Shown here one piece after another: positions 10,315 through 19,976 of a stretch of DNA of 64,000 nt; position 1 is the stretch's first letter; each line of letters begins with the position of its first letter. The notes beneath the pieces were generated by a model. The model did not search any database. It was not told the origin of the DNA and saw nothing but the letters and a program-made list of their open reading frames with translations. The position numbers and the translations under genes were made by a program. Origin of the DNA: Candidatus Woesearchaeota archaeon (lineage in GTDB: Archaea > Nanobdellota > Nanobdellia > Woesearchaeales > UBA9642); contig DUIB01000009.1 of assembly GCA_013330595.1 (NCBI GenBank), positions 74 through 64,073 on the forward strand, read 5' to 3'.

Positions 10315-11389
10315 GATATTTTCAAGAAGCATTAAGATAAGCTTTTCTGGATTTGCTAAATATTCTGGTAATGATGAACAGATATGCAATAATATAGTCA
10401 GTAAATGCTATAATAAGGAAAAACAATTCTTTCAAGCAAGCCTGGGCAATTATCCTGAATTTTATTCAAGAGATTTCGGAATGTGCACTGCATCATTGAT
10501 TAAACTAGGATATAGAGATAAAATCATAAAAACATTGGAGTATGCATTAAGTCATTATTCAAGGAATCAAATAACTGTATTGATAACTCCTGAAGACAAA
10601 CCAATAAATTTTCCTAGCATCTACAGTCCGGACAGTGTTGCATATCTATTCAGGAGCTTAAGAATTGCAAAAGCAGAAAATCTTGTGATTAAATATAAGA
10701 ATTTTCTTAATTCCGAGATAAAAAGATTTGAGGAGATAATAGAAAACGGAATCATAAAGTATGAGCATTATTCTGGAATGAGAGATCATGCAATAGTGAA
10801 ATCATCTTGCTATGACATGATAATGGCATGCATGCTATGCGATGAAATTGAAAAGATAAACAAACTCGTGAATAAGAAAGTTCTTGATAACAGATTAAAG
10901 AAGTATGATCTTAAGAAGAATCTTATCAAGCATTACTGGAATGGAAGATATTTCAAGAATTCAATCAATGATGATTCGTTTGTTGCTCATAATAATGTGT
11001 TTCCGTATTGGCTTGATGTTATTAATGATAAGAAAATGCTTTCATCGTCGATGAATGAGATTCAGAGGAATGATCTTGACAAGCCTTTTCCTGCAAAGTA
11101 TGTTGCAGAGAGGACAAGCAAGGGATTTGTATGGCAGAATATTTTCGTAAGGAATTGGGAGACAGACAAGATTTGGACATTTTTAGGAATCCCATATATT
11201 GATGTATTATTGAAAATTAATAAGAAAACAGCCAAGATGCATATCGAACAATACAAGAAACTCATCGAGAAGAACGGATTTGTAGAAGTCTATGATAAGA
11301 ATGGCCTTCCGTATAAGACATTGTTTTTTGCTGCAGATACAGATATGTTGTGGGCTTGTATGTATTTGGAAATAAAAAAGAAAAAATAA
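10289..11389 (+). CDS. Six-hairpin glycoside hydrolase-like protein
   Basis: FYSRDF, HYWNGRYF, W and E motifs of (alpha/alpha)6 glycosidases; in operon with the GT. Confidence 0.55.
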   Translation: MSLIKEGLRIFSRSIKISFSGFAKYSGNDEQICNNIVSKCYNKEKQFFQASLGNYPEFYSRDFGMCTASLIKLGYRDKIIKTLEYALSHYSRNQITVLITPEDKPINFPSIYSPDSVAYLFRSLRIAKAENLVIKYKNFLNSEIKRFEEIIENGIIKYEHYSGMRDHAIVKSSCYDMIMACMLCDEIEKINKLVNKKVLDNRLKKYDLKKNLIKHYWNGRYFKNSINDDSFVAHNNVFPYWLDVINDKKMLSSSMNEIQRNDLDKPFPAKYVAERTSKGFVWQNIFVRNWETDKIWTFLGIPYIDVLLKINKKTAKMHIEQYKKLIEKNGFVEVYDKNGLPYKTLFFAADTDMLWACMYLEIKKKK

Positions 11390-11392
11390 AAA

Positions 11393-11710
11393 TTATTTCT
11401 TGCCTACCTTCTCTTCTTTCATAATCATCTTAGCAATCAAGAACACAACAAATGCAATGATTATGAAGTTCAATAATTCTCCTGCAAATGCGCCGATCTT
11501 CATCACAATTGGGCCGAGATGTATTGCAGATTCTTTCCATGCACCACCCGGGATGAATGGCGTGATTATTGGCATTACGATATTATCAACTAGAGATTTC
11601 ACCAATGCAGTGATCGCAACACCCATGATGAAAGCAACAGCCAATGTCAATACCTTGTATCCCTTTAAAAATTCCTTAAATTCTTTAATTAATTTTGCCA
11701 TCTTTGCCAC
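11393..11710 (-). CDS. mscL: Large-conductance mechanosensitive channel
   Basis: KEFKEFL...LAVAFIMG.A...LV.SLV.NI.MP; G.F...NF.IIAF. Confidence 0.9.
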   Translation of the reverse strand: MAKMAKLIKEFKEFLKGYKVLTLAVAFIMGVAITALVKSLVDNIVMPIITPFIPGGAWKESAIHLGPIVMKIGAFAGELLNFIIIAFVVFLIAKMIMKEEKVGKK

Positions 11711-11711
11711 C

Positions 11712-11948
11712 TTATTCTGTCCACTTTACGTTTTTGTAATTATATTTGGTTGCTATTAGAATAAGATCTACTAACCACCATATTCCCAAACCACCAAAGG
11801 TTATTAACTTGAGAATTCCTGTACCCACTTTTCCCATCATGAATCTATCAACACCAATCCATCCAAAGATTATAGACATTACCAAACATAAGACCCAATT
11901 AACTTCTCTACCTGAACCTACTGTCTTCTTAGATTTCTTCTTTGCCAT
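11712..11948 (-). CDS. TM2 domain protein
   Basis: GWIGVDRF..GK.GTG.LKLITFGGLGIWWLVD. Confidence 0.9.
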   Translation of the reverse strand: MAKKKSKKTVGSGREVNWVLCLVMSIIFGWIGVDRFMMGKVGTGILKLITFGGLGIWWLVDLILIATKYNYKNVKWTE

Positions 11949-12051
11949 AATATCAACCCCCACTATACATATGTATACTCAAACGGCTTTTTAAAGGTAG
12001 TGGAAAAAAAGAAAAAATAATATATAAAAAATATTATAAAAATTTTTATTA

Positions 12052-12212
12052 AAAATTTCGACAGAAATTTTCAGGGTTTAATACAAAGAAATGTAGTACA
12101 TTTCTTGTACACAAAATTTATCAAAATTTTGTTGTACCCCGACCTTTAGGTCGAAATTTTTAGTTCAAAAAATCCTTCGGATTTTTATGTAGCTCCGAAC
12201 AGCGAATTTTTG
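12052..12212. repeat. Cluster of AT-rich hairpins (palindromic/MITE-like element)
   Basis: aagaaatgta-g-tacatttctt, cgacct-tt-aggtcg, aaaaatcc-ttc-ggattttt; ends in gcgaatttttg like 40612-40622. Confidence 0.6.
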
Positions 12213-12293
12213 TTATTTCCAGTCTTTGATCACAGCCTGCGCCGCCGCCAACCTAGCTATAGGAACCCTGTATGGTGAGCATGAAACATAGTT
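12213..12293 (-). pseudogene. Orphan copy of the ppdK 3' end (NYVSCSPYRVPIARLAAAQAVIKDWK*)
   Basis: Translates almost identically to the PpdK C-terminus at 14994-15065 but with many synonymous differences. Confidence 0.9.
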
Positions 12294-12368
12294 TGTATGT
12301 CTTAATTAGTCTTGTTGGTACTACCAACCGAAAGATTTAAATAATCCTTTTATGTTTCTATTACCAAC

Positions 12369-12707
12369 ATGGTTGAAAATGACTTAATCAGGAATGCTAG
12401 AATCATAATGAGTTCTGCTGATATGGTGTATTATAAGAAAGATTATACCTCGGCAACAATACTCTACTTCAAGGCAGCATTCCTTATACTTGATTATATA
12501 TTATTGCAGAGCAAAGGCCAAACACCAAAGGATCATACAGAAAGGTTCAGGATGCTTGAATTATCAGATAAAAATCTATATGTGTTTTTAGATAAGAATT
12601 TCAAGATATATAGGCAAACTTACACAACCACGACAGATAAATTCACATGCGATAAAGTGAGGGAAAATGTCAGGAAGATTATTAAAGAATACAAAATTCA
12701 AATCTGA
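12369..12707 (+). CDS. HEPN-like protein
   Basis: Small helical protein, YFKA...PKDHTERF; overlaps the MNT gene. Confidence 0.55.
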   Translation: MVENDLIRNARIIMSSADMVYYKKDYTSATILYFKAAFLILDYILLQSKGQTPKDHTERFRMLELSDKNLYVFLDKNFKIYRQTYTTTTDKFTCDKVRENVRKIIKEYKIQI

Positions 12708-13266
12708 AATAAAGAAGTTCTTCATTAAGCATAAACAGTCCATATTAGATATAATAATATTTGGCTCAAGCGTGAGAGAGAAAGATAATCCTGAAGATAT
12801 AGATATACTAATAATATTCATTGACAGGAAAGATTATGATATAAGCTATGAACTGAGAAAGATATTGGAGAAACAGGGATTCAGTATAGAGATTACTGAC
12901 AAGACATATCAAGAGATATTCAAGCAGGATTTCAAGGCAAGAGAAGCATTATTATCAGAAGGATATAGCATAATTAATGAAACATTCTTATCATCAGGAC
13001 TCGGATATAATACTTTTGTATTATTCAAATATGACCTTGGAGATATGAATAAGTCCCAAAGAATGAGATTCTATTACAGCCTATACGGAAGGACAAAGGA
13101 AGATGAAGGAATATTGGAGAAGTACAATGCAAAGAAATTCTCTGAATCAATAATCCTATGTCCTATTAATAATAGTGAATCACTAAAGAATTTCTTCGAA
13201 GAATGGAAGATGAAATACGTATCATTCCCAATAATCATCCCTGAAAGGATAAAGAATGTGATGTAA
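12667..13266 (+). CDS. Minimal nucleotidyltransferase with a C-terminal Cas2/PaaX-like ferredoxin segment
   Basis: IFGSSVR...DIDILII; C-terminal LFKYDL...RFYYSLYG. Confidence 0.7.
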   Translation: MSGRLLKNTKFKSEIKKFFIKHKQSILDIIIFGSSVREKDNPEDIDILIIFIDRKDYDISYELRKILEKQGFSIEITDKTYQEIFKQDFKAREALLSEGYSIINETFLSSGLGYNTFVLFKYDLGDMNKSQRMRFYYSLYGRTKEDEGILEKYNAKKFSESIILCPINNSESLKNFFEEWKMKYVSFPIIIPERIKNVM

Positions 13267-13295
13267 AAGCTAATGCTACTTTGCTTTTCGTTATA

Positions 13296-13511
13296 TTATA
13301 TGAAATTATAATAATTAATCCCATATTCCTGCGATATTATTACTGATTCATATCCTCTTATGATATCGAATTTATTCTTCAAGTCTCTCATTATAGTGTG
13401 GAATTGAGTGAAGTTATCTACTATGAACTCAAACTCTATATCCCAACTCCCGACGCATTTAATTATAGTATATATCTCTGGCAGTTGCTCTACATATTTT
13501 AGACTATACAT
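13296..13511 (-). pseudogene. Lrp/AsnC ligand-binding domain fragment
   Basis: P.I......GSWD.EFE pattern; lacks the HTH. Confidence 0.5.
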
Positions 13512-13605
13512 GCCAGAAGTGTATTATAAATAAAGACACTTTAAGTCAAAAGTGTATAGAAATTAGAGACACCTTTAATATAGATAAGTTTATCTAAGAT
13601 CATTC

Positions 13606-13643
13606 CTTTGATCACAGCCTGAACAGCAGCCAACTGCAAGTCT
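13606..13643 (-). repeat. Second, more degenerate copy of the ppdK 3' end (RLA../LAAVQAVIK)
   Basis: ctttgatcacagcctg shared with 12224-12239; ctgcaagtc shared with intact ppdK. Confidence 0.75.
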
Positions 13644-14909
13644 TCATTTCTCCAGTAGCCATTTCCAGACAGGCAGAACTTTTATCCTTGTTTTTCCTTG
13701 AATTATTTCTTTTTCAGTGTCGTAAGTTAGGATAATGGTTTTTTTTAATTTCCATCTCTTCTTTGCTTCTCTGATTCCATTTGTCTCTCTATTAATATTT
13801 TCAGAATTCAATTCTAAACAGACTTGAATGGCTAATTTGTCCTTATTTATTACGAAATCGCACTCATTCTTATCTTGTGAATACATAACATCCTTTCCCT
13901 GTCTTTTTAGCTCTAAAAAAACAACATTTTCAAGCAGTTGCGCTTTTATTTGTTGTACGTCAAAAGTCATCAATGTGACAATCCCTGTATCCACAGAATA
14001 AGCTTTTTTTTCTGAAATTGATTGCTTTAGAACTGACTTATCTAATTTTTGAACAAAGAAGAGAATATAACAATCCTCGAGATAATTCATATATTCATAT
14101 AATGAGTCTTTGCTTATCTTAATGCCTTGTGACTTAAGTTCAGTATATTGCTTATTCACTGAGAATTTCTTCCCTATGTTATTCAATAATTTTTTTATAA
14201 TTAGCCTGATAGCGACAGTATTTGTTATTTTATATCTAGAGATTATATCCCTGTATATCATGACTTCTATATATGATTGCAATGTTTTCCTTCTAACTTC
14301 ATCCCTCATATCAATAGTCTCTGGAAATCCTCCGTTAACAAGATAGTTCCCAAATTCTTTTCTAAGCAAAGCTTTTTTCTTTAATGAATATAGATCAATA
14401 GTGTCAACATTCTTGAATTTTAGGTACTCCTTAAATGAGAATGGGTACACCTCGTAATTGATGGCTCTTCCTCTGATGCTTGTGGCAATCTCTTTGCTTA
14501 ATAATTTGGATGAAGAGCCAGTGATGAATATGTTTCGCGTAATAGTGTCGTAGGATCTTCTTATGAATTGTTCCCAATTCTCAACATTCTGTATCTCGTC
14601 AAAGAATAGATACTGCAATTTTCCCTCTGGATAAAGTTCATAGTATGCATCATATATCTCCTGGAGATTTTCCTTCTTTAAATCAAGTCTCTCATCCTCG
14701 AAATTTATGTAGATGATATTTTCTTTAGGGATCTTCTCTCTTAGTGTCTTTATCAGTTGATACATAAGATAGGTCTTTCCTGATCTTCTTACACCACTTA
14801 TTGTTATTATTTTTCTGCTATCTAATGGAACATCTATTGCTCTGAAAGTTATTTCAGGAAGCGCATTGCTGTGGAATTCCTTGATTATTACCTTTATTGC
14901 ATCCTTCAT
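13644..14909 (-). CDS. AAA+ ATPase (AAA_14 + DUF4143)
   Basis: GVRRSGKT, FFDEIQ, TGSSS, GGFPE, ECDF, WLL. Confidence 0.9.
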   Translation of the reverse strand: MKDAIKVIIKEFHSNALPEITFRAIDVPLDSRKIITISGVRRSGKTYLMYQLIKTLREKIPKENIIYINFEDERLDLKKENLQEIYDAYYELYPEGKLQYLFFDEIQNVENWEQFIRRSYDTITRNIFITGSSSKLLSKEIATSIRGRAINYEVYPFSFKEYLKFKNVDTIDLYSLKKKALLRKEFGNYLVNGGFPETIDMRDEVRRKTLQSYIEVMIYRDIISRYKITNTVAIRLIIKKLLNNIGKKFSVNKQYTELKSQGIKISKDSLYEYMNYLEDCYILFFVQKLDKSVLKQSISEKKAYSVDTGIVTLMTFDVQQIKAQLLENVVFLELKRQGKDVMYSQDKNECDFVINKDKLAIQVCLELNSENINRETNGIREAKKRWKLKKTIILTYDTEKEIIQGKTRIKVLPVWKWLLEK

Positions 14910-14993
14910 ACTGTAAGAATATCGCCTTTATTTATAAAGGTTTCCTTCTAAGAAGGAAAGAAATACTATAAAATCTCCTTGTCAGAAGGAAAG

Positions 14994-17624
14994 CTATTTC
15001 AACACAGCCTGCGCAGCTGCAAGTCGCGCTATAGGAACTCTATATGGCGAGCAACTAACATAGTCCAATCCTGCTCTATGACAGAACTCTACTGATTTCG
15101 GCTCTCCGCCGTGTTCTCCGCAGATTCCAAGTTTAATATCCTTGCGGATTTTTCTTCCTTTCTCGCATGCCATCCTGACAAGCAGACCAACTCCTGTCTG
15201 ATCAAGGACAGCAAATGGATCCTTTTCATAGATGTTTTTCTTCAAGTAATCTGGCAAGAACTTTCCGATGTCATCTCGAGAAAATCCTAAAGTCATCTGC
15301 GTGAGATCATTTGTTCCGAAAGAAAAGAATTCTGCTTCAACAGCAATCTCATCGGCAGTAAGAGCAGCTCTGGGAACTTCTATCATCGTTCCAATCAAAT
15401 AATCGACCTTGACATTATATTTCTTCATTACTTGATCAGCAATTCTTTTTATGACTTCTTTCTGATTAATTAATTCTTCAACTTTGCCAACTAAAGGAAC
15501 CATAATCTCTGGCTTGACATCAACTTTCTGTTTTGTCAATTCACATGCTGCTTCCATTATTGCCTGGACTTGCATCTCTGTGATTTCTGGATATGTTATT
15601 CCAAGCCTGCAGCCTCTATGGCCAAGCATAGGGTTCACTTCATGCAGATTCTTAGAGATCTGCATAATCCATTCAGGAGTCACTTTCAGTTCCTTAGCCA
15701 ATTCCTTTATTTCCTTCTGACCTTTTGGAAGAAATTCATGCAATGGAGGATCAAGAAGCCTTATTGTTACAGGCAACCCATTCATCTCCTTGAATAATCC
15801 TAAGAAATCTGATTTCTGGAAAGGAAGAAGTTCAGCTAATGCTTTTCTCCTCTCAATCTCATTATTAGCTAAAATCATTTTCCTCATAGCCTTTATCCTA
15901 TCACCATCAAAGAACATATGCTCTGTCCTGCATAATCCAATGCCTTCTGCACCAAATGCTCTAGCAACCTTTGCATCTCTTGGAATATCTGCATTTGCCC
16001 TGATTTTTAATTTCCTGAATTCATCAGCCCATTCCATTAATATAGAGAAATCGCCAGAAAGATTAGGCTCAACTAAGCCTAATGAGCCTTTAAATACCTG
16101 TCCTAGTGAGCCATCAAGTGTTATGTAATCCATTTCTTTCAAAACAAGATTCTTTTTCTTTATTGTCAATGTTTTTGCCTTTTCATCAACAACAATATCT
16201 TGGCATCCTGAAACACAGCATTTTCCCATTCCACGAGCAACAACTGCCGCATGACTTGTCATTCCACCTCGTGCAGTTAGAATACCTTGAGAAACACTCA
16301 TTCCAATAAGATCTTCAGGGCTTGTCTCTGTTCTTACAAGGACTACTTTTTCATTTTTAGCAACCTCTTCAGCCCTTTCAGCAGTAAACACAATTCTTCC
16401 AACAGCTGCTCCTGGAGATGCAGGCAATCCTGTTGCTATGACTCCTGTTTTTGCTTTAGGATCAATCTGTTTATGCAATAATTGGTCTAATGATTCAGGA
16501 GCAACTCTTAATAATGCTGTTTTTTTATCTATAAGTTTTTCATTAACCATATCAACAGCAATCTTTACAGCACCATGTGCTGTCCTTTTTCCATTTCTTG
16601 TCTGAAGAACATGTAATTTTCCTTCTTGGATTGTGAATTCCATGTCTTGCATGTCCTTGAAATGTTTTTCTATCTTGTTTTTTATTGCAACAAGTTGTTT
16701 ATAGACTTTAGGATTCTGTTTTTCAAGCCCTTCAATATGCTTAGGAGTTCTTATGCCTGCAACAACATCTTCACCTTGAGAATTCATCAAATATTCACCA
16801 TAGAACTTATTCTCTCCAGTAGATGGATTTCTAGAAAAACACACTCCTGTTCCTGAACTCTCACCCATATTACCAAAAACCATTGCTTGAATATTAACAG
16901 CAGTGCCCTTTAATCCTTTAATGTCATTTAATCTCCTGTAAGCAATTGCTCTAGGATTATTCCACGATCCAAAAACTGCTTCAATAGACATGTCTAATTG
17001 AATTCTAGGATCTTCTGGAAAAGATTTTTTAGTGACTTTAAGTATTAATGTCTTATAGTTCTTTACTAATTCTTTAAGATCATCTGCAGTGAGTTCTGTA
17101 TCATAATGAACTTTTCTCTTGTCTTTAATCTTCTGTATCTCCTGCTCAAAATCGTGATGCTCAACACCCATGACAACATTGCCGAACATCTGGATAAATC
17201 TTCTGTATGTATCATAAGCAAATCTCTTGTTTTGAGTCTTATTGATCAATGTCTGAACTACTTGATCATTTATTCCCAGATTAAGAATAGTATCCATCAT
17301 TCCAGGCATGCTATTAGCAGCTCCAGATCTGACTGAGACAAGTAAAGGATTTGTTTTATCATTGAACTTTGCATTAATCTTAGATTCTAGTTTCTTGATA
17401 TTAGCATCAACCTGTTCTTTCAATCCCTTAGGAAACTTCTTTCCTTGAACATAATATTGATCGCATGTTTCAGTTGTTATAGTAAATCCTGAAGGAACTG
17501 GAACATTTAATGAAGTCATTTCAGCTAAATTAGCACCTTTACCGCCTAACAACTCTCGCATCTCTTTCTTACCTTCATCAAAGAAGTAAACCATCTTATT
17601 TTTCTTTACATTGTTTTTCATCAT
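14994..17624 (-). CDS. ppdK: Pyruvate, phosphate dikinase
   Basis: LGGKGANLAEM, GGMTSHAAVVARG phospho-His, GTNDLTQ, GICGEHGG; GGTGA before ATG 17624. Confidence 0.97.
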   Translation of the reverse strand: MMKNNVKKNKMVYFFDEGKKEMRELLGGKGANLAEMTSLNVPVPSGFTITTETCDQYYVQGKKFPKGLKEQVDANIKKLESKINAKFNDKTNPLLVSVRSGAANSMPGMMDTILNLGINDQVVQTLINKTQNKRFAYDTYRRFIQMFGNVVMGVEHHDFEQEIQKIKDKRKVHYDTELTADDLKELVKNYKTLILKVTKKSFPEDPRIQLDMSIEAVFGSWNNPRAIAYRRLNDIKGLKGTAVNIQAMVFGNMGESSGTGVCFSRNPSTGENKFYGEYLMNSQGEDVVAGIRTPKHIEGLEKQNPKVYKQLVAIKNKIEKHFKDMQDMEFTIQEGKLHVLQTRNGKRTAHGAVKIAVDMVNEKLIDKKTALLRVAPESLDQLLHKQIDPKAKTGVIATGLPASPGAAVGRIVFTAERAEEVAKNEKVVLVRTETSPEDLIGMSVSQGILTARGGMTSHAAVVARGMGKCCVSGCQDIVVDEKAKTLTIKKKNLVLKEMDYITLDGSLGQVFKGSLGLVEPNLSGDFSILMEWADEFRKLKIRANADIPRDAKVARAFGAEGIGLCRTEHMFFDGDRIKAMRKMILANNEIERRKALAELLPFQKSDFLGLFKEMNGLPVTIRLLDPPLHEFLPKGQKEIKELAKELKVTPEWIMQISKNLHEVNPMLGHRGCRLGITYPEITEMQVQAIMEAACELTKQKVDVKPEIMVPLVGKVEELINQKEVIKRIADQVMKKYNVKVDYLIGTMIEVPRAALTADEIAVEAEFFSFGTNDLTQMTLGFSRDDIGKFLPDYLKKNIYEKDPFAVLDQTGVGLLVRMACEKGRKIRKDIKLGICGEHGGEPKSVEFCHRAGLDYVSCSPYRVPIARLAAAQAVLK

Positions 17625-17658
17625 ACCCTTCACCCTATGGAACATTCCTCTTAATATG

Positions 17659-17781
17659 TCAAAAATTGTCTTTGATTAAACTTTCGTGTTTTAACTCAAA
17701 ACACATCAAAGCAATTTTTGATCATGCTCAAGAACTGCACAATGTGAGCTTTAGCCCACAGTTCTTGACAATCAAGAGCAT
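17659..17781. other. Nested stem-loop region upstream of ppdK
   Basis: tcaaaaattg/caatttttga, ctttgat/atcaaag, gtgtttt/aaaacac, tcaagaactg/cagttcttga, atgctc/gagcat. Confidence 0.7.
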
Positions 17782-17820
17782 AAGGAGTTATTTATATAAT
17801 TTACGGAAGAAAAGAATTTG

Positions 17821-18087
17821 TTATCCAATCCTTTTTATCTTATTCTTTGCTTCTTGCTTCTTGTATTTGAAGTGTAGAAGAGCAAATACTGAGATTCCTA
17901 CAAAGAATGCTGTGACTGCAGATATTATTGCCTGATTAATAAATGGTGTGTAGTTTATTTTCTGTGTTATTATAGCTAATGACAATCCTACAATGTATGT
18001 TGCTAATATTATTATAGTAGTATTAAAATATTGGAGATATGAATTAAATTCTAAATCAAGGAGGTTCTTTTTTACAACAGGATTCAT
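17821..18087 (-). CDS. Small two-TM hypothetical protein
   Basis: Two hydrophobic segments; abuts the upstream small ORF. Confidence 0.55.
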   Translation of the reverse strand: MNPVVKKNLLDLEFNSYLQYFNTTIIILATYIVGLSLAIITQKINYTPFINQAIISAVTAFFVGISVFALLHFKYKKQEAKNKIKRIG

Positions 18088-18088
18088 G

Positions 18089-18259
18089 TCAATCACCGAA
18101 AGCAAAAGCTAAGAGAACAAGGCCTAATACTAAAAGCAAGATACTTGCTGTTGCAAGCCAATAAATCTCTTTAGAGAATGAAGGATAAACAAGCACTGCT
18201 CCTACCACTGCACTTACGACTCCTGCAAGGGCGAGTAAGTTCTTCTTAGTCTTCTTCAT
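18089..18259 (-). CDS. Small two-TM hypothetical protein
   Basis: MKKTKK followed by two hydrophobic helices; TATA-like element upstream. Confidence 0.55.
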   Translation of the reverse strand: MKKTKKNLLALAGVVSAVVGAVLVYPSFSKEIYWLATASILLLVLGLVLLAFAFGD

Positions 18260-18323
18260 AATATAGTAAATGATATGACCTTTATATATTTTTCCTCGAA
18301 ATTTCCGGAAAATATTCGAAAAA

Positions 18324-19187
18324 TCATACAGTCGTAGCCAATATAACGCTTCCAATCAATGCTAATGCTGCTCCTAGGTATTGATGTTTTTTTATGATCT
18401 CTTTGTTGAACCATAATCCTAGAAATAATGCAATTGCTGGATAGCTCTCTGTAATAGCAGTTATTATTGATATCTCATGATTATGGACTGCATATGAATA
18501 ACAGATCCATGCAGTTGTATCAAATATTCCCATGAATAATATTAGGATCTTGAATTTCTTTGCATTGTCAATAAATGTACTGAAACCTTCTCTTTTCCAG
18601 ATTATTATAAGGCAAAAAACTGTAAACATCATCCAAGGAAACCATACAGCTAATATTGGTGAAATGTTTTTTGAGGATGTTCCTGTATAGAAATTCACTG
18701 CACCATATAATACTGCAGCAATTATTGCCAATATGACTCCTCTTTCTATTTTAGTTCTCCAATGAGTGAATGATTTTGTTGCAACTAAGATTATTCCAAT
18801 CAGTATCACAATAACTAGAATCATTTGCGTTAAACTTAAAATCTCTTTTAAGAAGACAAAGCTAAGAAGTATTGTTATTGGCAATTCTATCTCTAATACG
18901 ACATCGATTATTCCTAATTTGCCTTTTTTCAAAGCCTCAAAATTCAGGATTGCAGAAACAAAAACAATCAGTCCTAAGAACACTAATAATATTATATTCT
19001 CTTTAATAAGCAATAAGTGCATATCATTCCATGCAAAAGGCAGTAATCCAACAGATCCAATAATGCCGATCCATGCTAATGCCTGTATGTCACCTACTTT
19101 TCTTGTTGTTCTTTGAATAAGAAAATCTCCTATGCCCCATAACAACATTGCCCCAAAAGCAAATAAGATGCCGATGGTGAGGTTCAT
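18324..19187 (-). CDS. EamA/DMT family transporter
   Basis: About 10 TM in two repeats; WG, FLKE.L and KE.I motifs. Confidence 0.85.
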   Translation of the reverse strand: MNLTIGILFAFGAMLLWGIGDFLIQRTTRKVGDIQALAWIGIIGSVGLLPFAWNDMHLLLIKENIILLVFLGLIVFVSAILNFEALKKGKLGIIDVVLEIELPITILLSFVFLKEILSLTQMILVIVILIGIILVATKSFTHWRTKIERGVILAIIAAVLYGAVNFYTGTSSKNISPILAVWFPWMMFTVFCLIIIWKREGFSTFIDNAKKFKILILFMGIFDTTAWICYSYAVHNHEISIITAITESYPAIALFLGLWFNKEIIKKHQYLGAALALIGSVILATTV

Positions 19188-19351
19188 AATGGATTACTGT
19201 GCAAGCAATTTAAATAATTTGTCTTAATTTCGTAAATCTTCCGATTTTTCTTGAGAAACGCATATAAAGATTCAATCATTACCTAAATCACAAAATATAT
19301 AAAGCACTTACGTTTATTACGTGTATAAACGTAATACACGAGGTGCATAAA

Positions 19352-19579
19352 ATGGTTAGCTTAACATTATCTATACCAGAAGAACTGAAGGCAAGAATGG
19401 ATCAACACAGCGAGATTAATTGGAGCGAAGTCGCGAGGAAAGCAATAATGCAAAGATTAGAGGATTTTGAGTTTATGAAGAGAATTAGAGAGAAGAGCAC
19501 TATGACAGAGAAAGATGCTATTGAATTAGGCAGAATGATAAAAAGATCTACAGCCAAAAGATATAATGATTTTAAGTGA
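19352..19579 (+). CDS. Ribbon-helix-helix antitoxin
   Basis: LTLSIPEELK..M......INWSEVARKAI; upstream inverted repeat ttacgttta/taaacgtaa. Confidence 0.8.
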   Translation: MVSLTLSIPEELKARMDQHSEINWSEVARKAIMQRLEDFEFMKRIREKSTMTEKDAIELGRMIKRSTAKRYNDFK

Positions 19580-19583
19580 AATT

Positions 19584-19976
19584 ATGGAAATGGTTATTGA
19601 TGCGAATATTGTGTTTGCTGCAATAATTAAAAGGACGAAAACCTTAGAACTAATGTTTGAGGAAAATATTAGGTTATATGCTCCGGAAACAATATTAATA
19701 GAGCTTGAGAAGTATCAGGATTATCTGTGCAGAAAAGGCAACATGACTACTGAAGAACTTAAATCAATGATATTTAGGCTCAAGAATGTGATAACAATAA
19801 TTTATCTAGGAGAGCTAGTATCACAGATTCCTGAAGCAAGGAACATCTGTCCTGATCCAGGAGACATTCCCTATTTTGCTCTTGCCTTAAAGATGAATAT
19901 CCCAATATGGTCCAATGATAAAGAATTGAAGAAACAGAAGAGAGTAAAGATCTTTACGACAGATGAGTTGATGTGA
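19584..19976 (+). CDS. PIN-domain (VapC-like) toxin
   Basis: VIDANI, E, DPGD.PYFALAL, WSNDKEL. Confidence 0.88.
   Translation: MEMVIDANIVFAAIIKRTKTLELMFEENIRLYAPETILIELEKYQDYLCRKGNMTTEELKSMIFRLKNVITIIYLGELVSQIPEARNICPDPGDIPYFALALKMNIPIWSNDKELKKQKRVKIFTTDELM

Noticed and set aside
12050..12212. Possible CRISPR array or tRNA
   Set aside because: No regularly spaced identical repeats, no cloverleaf and no cas genes; the Cas2-like segment nearby is part of an MNT protein
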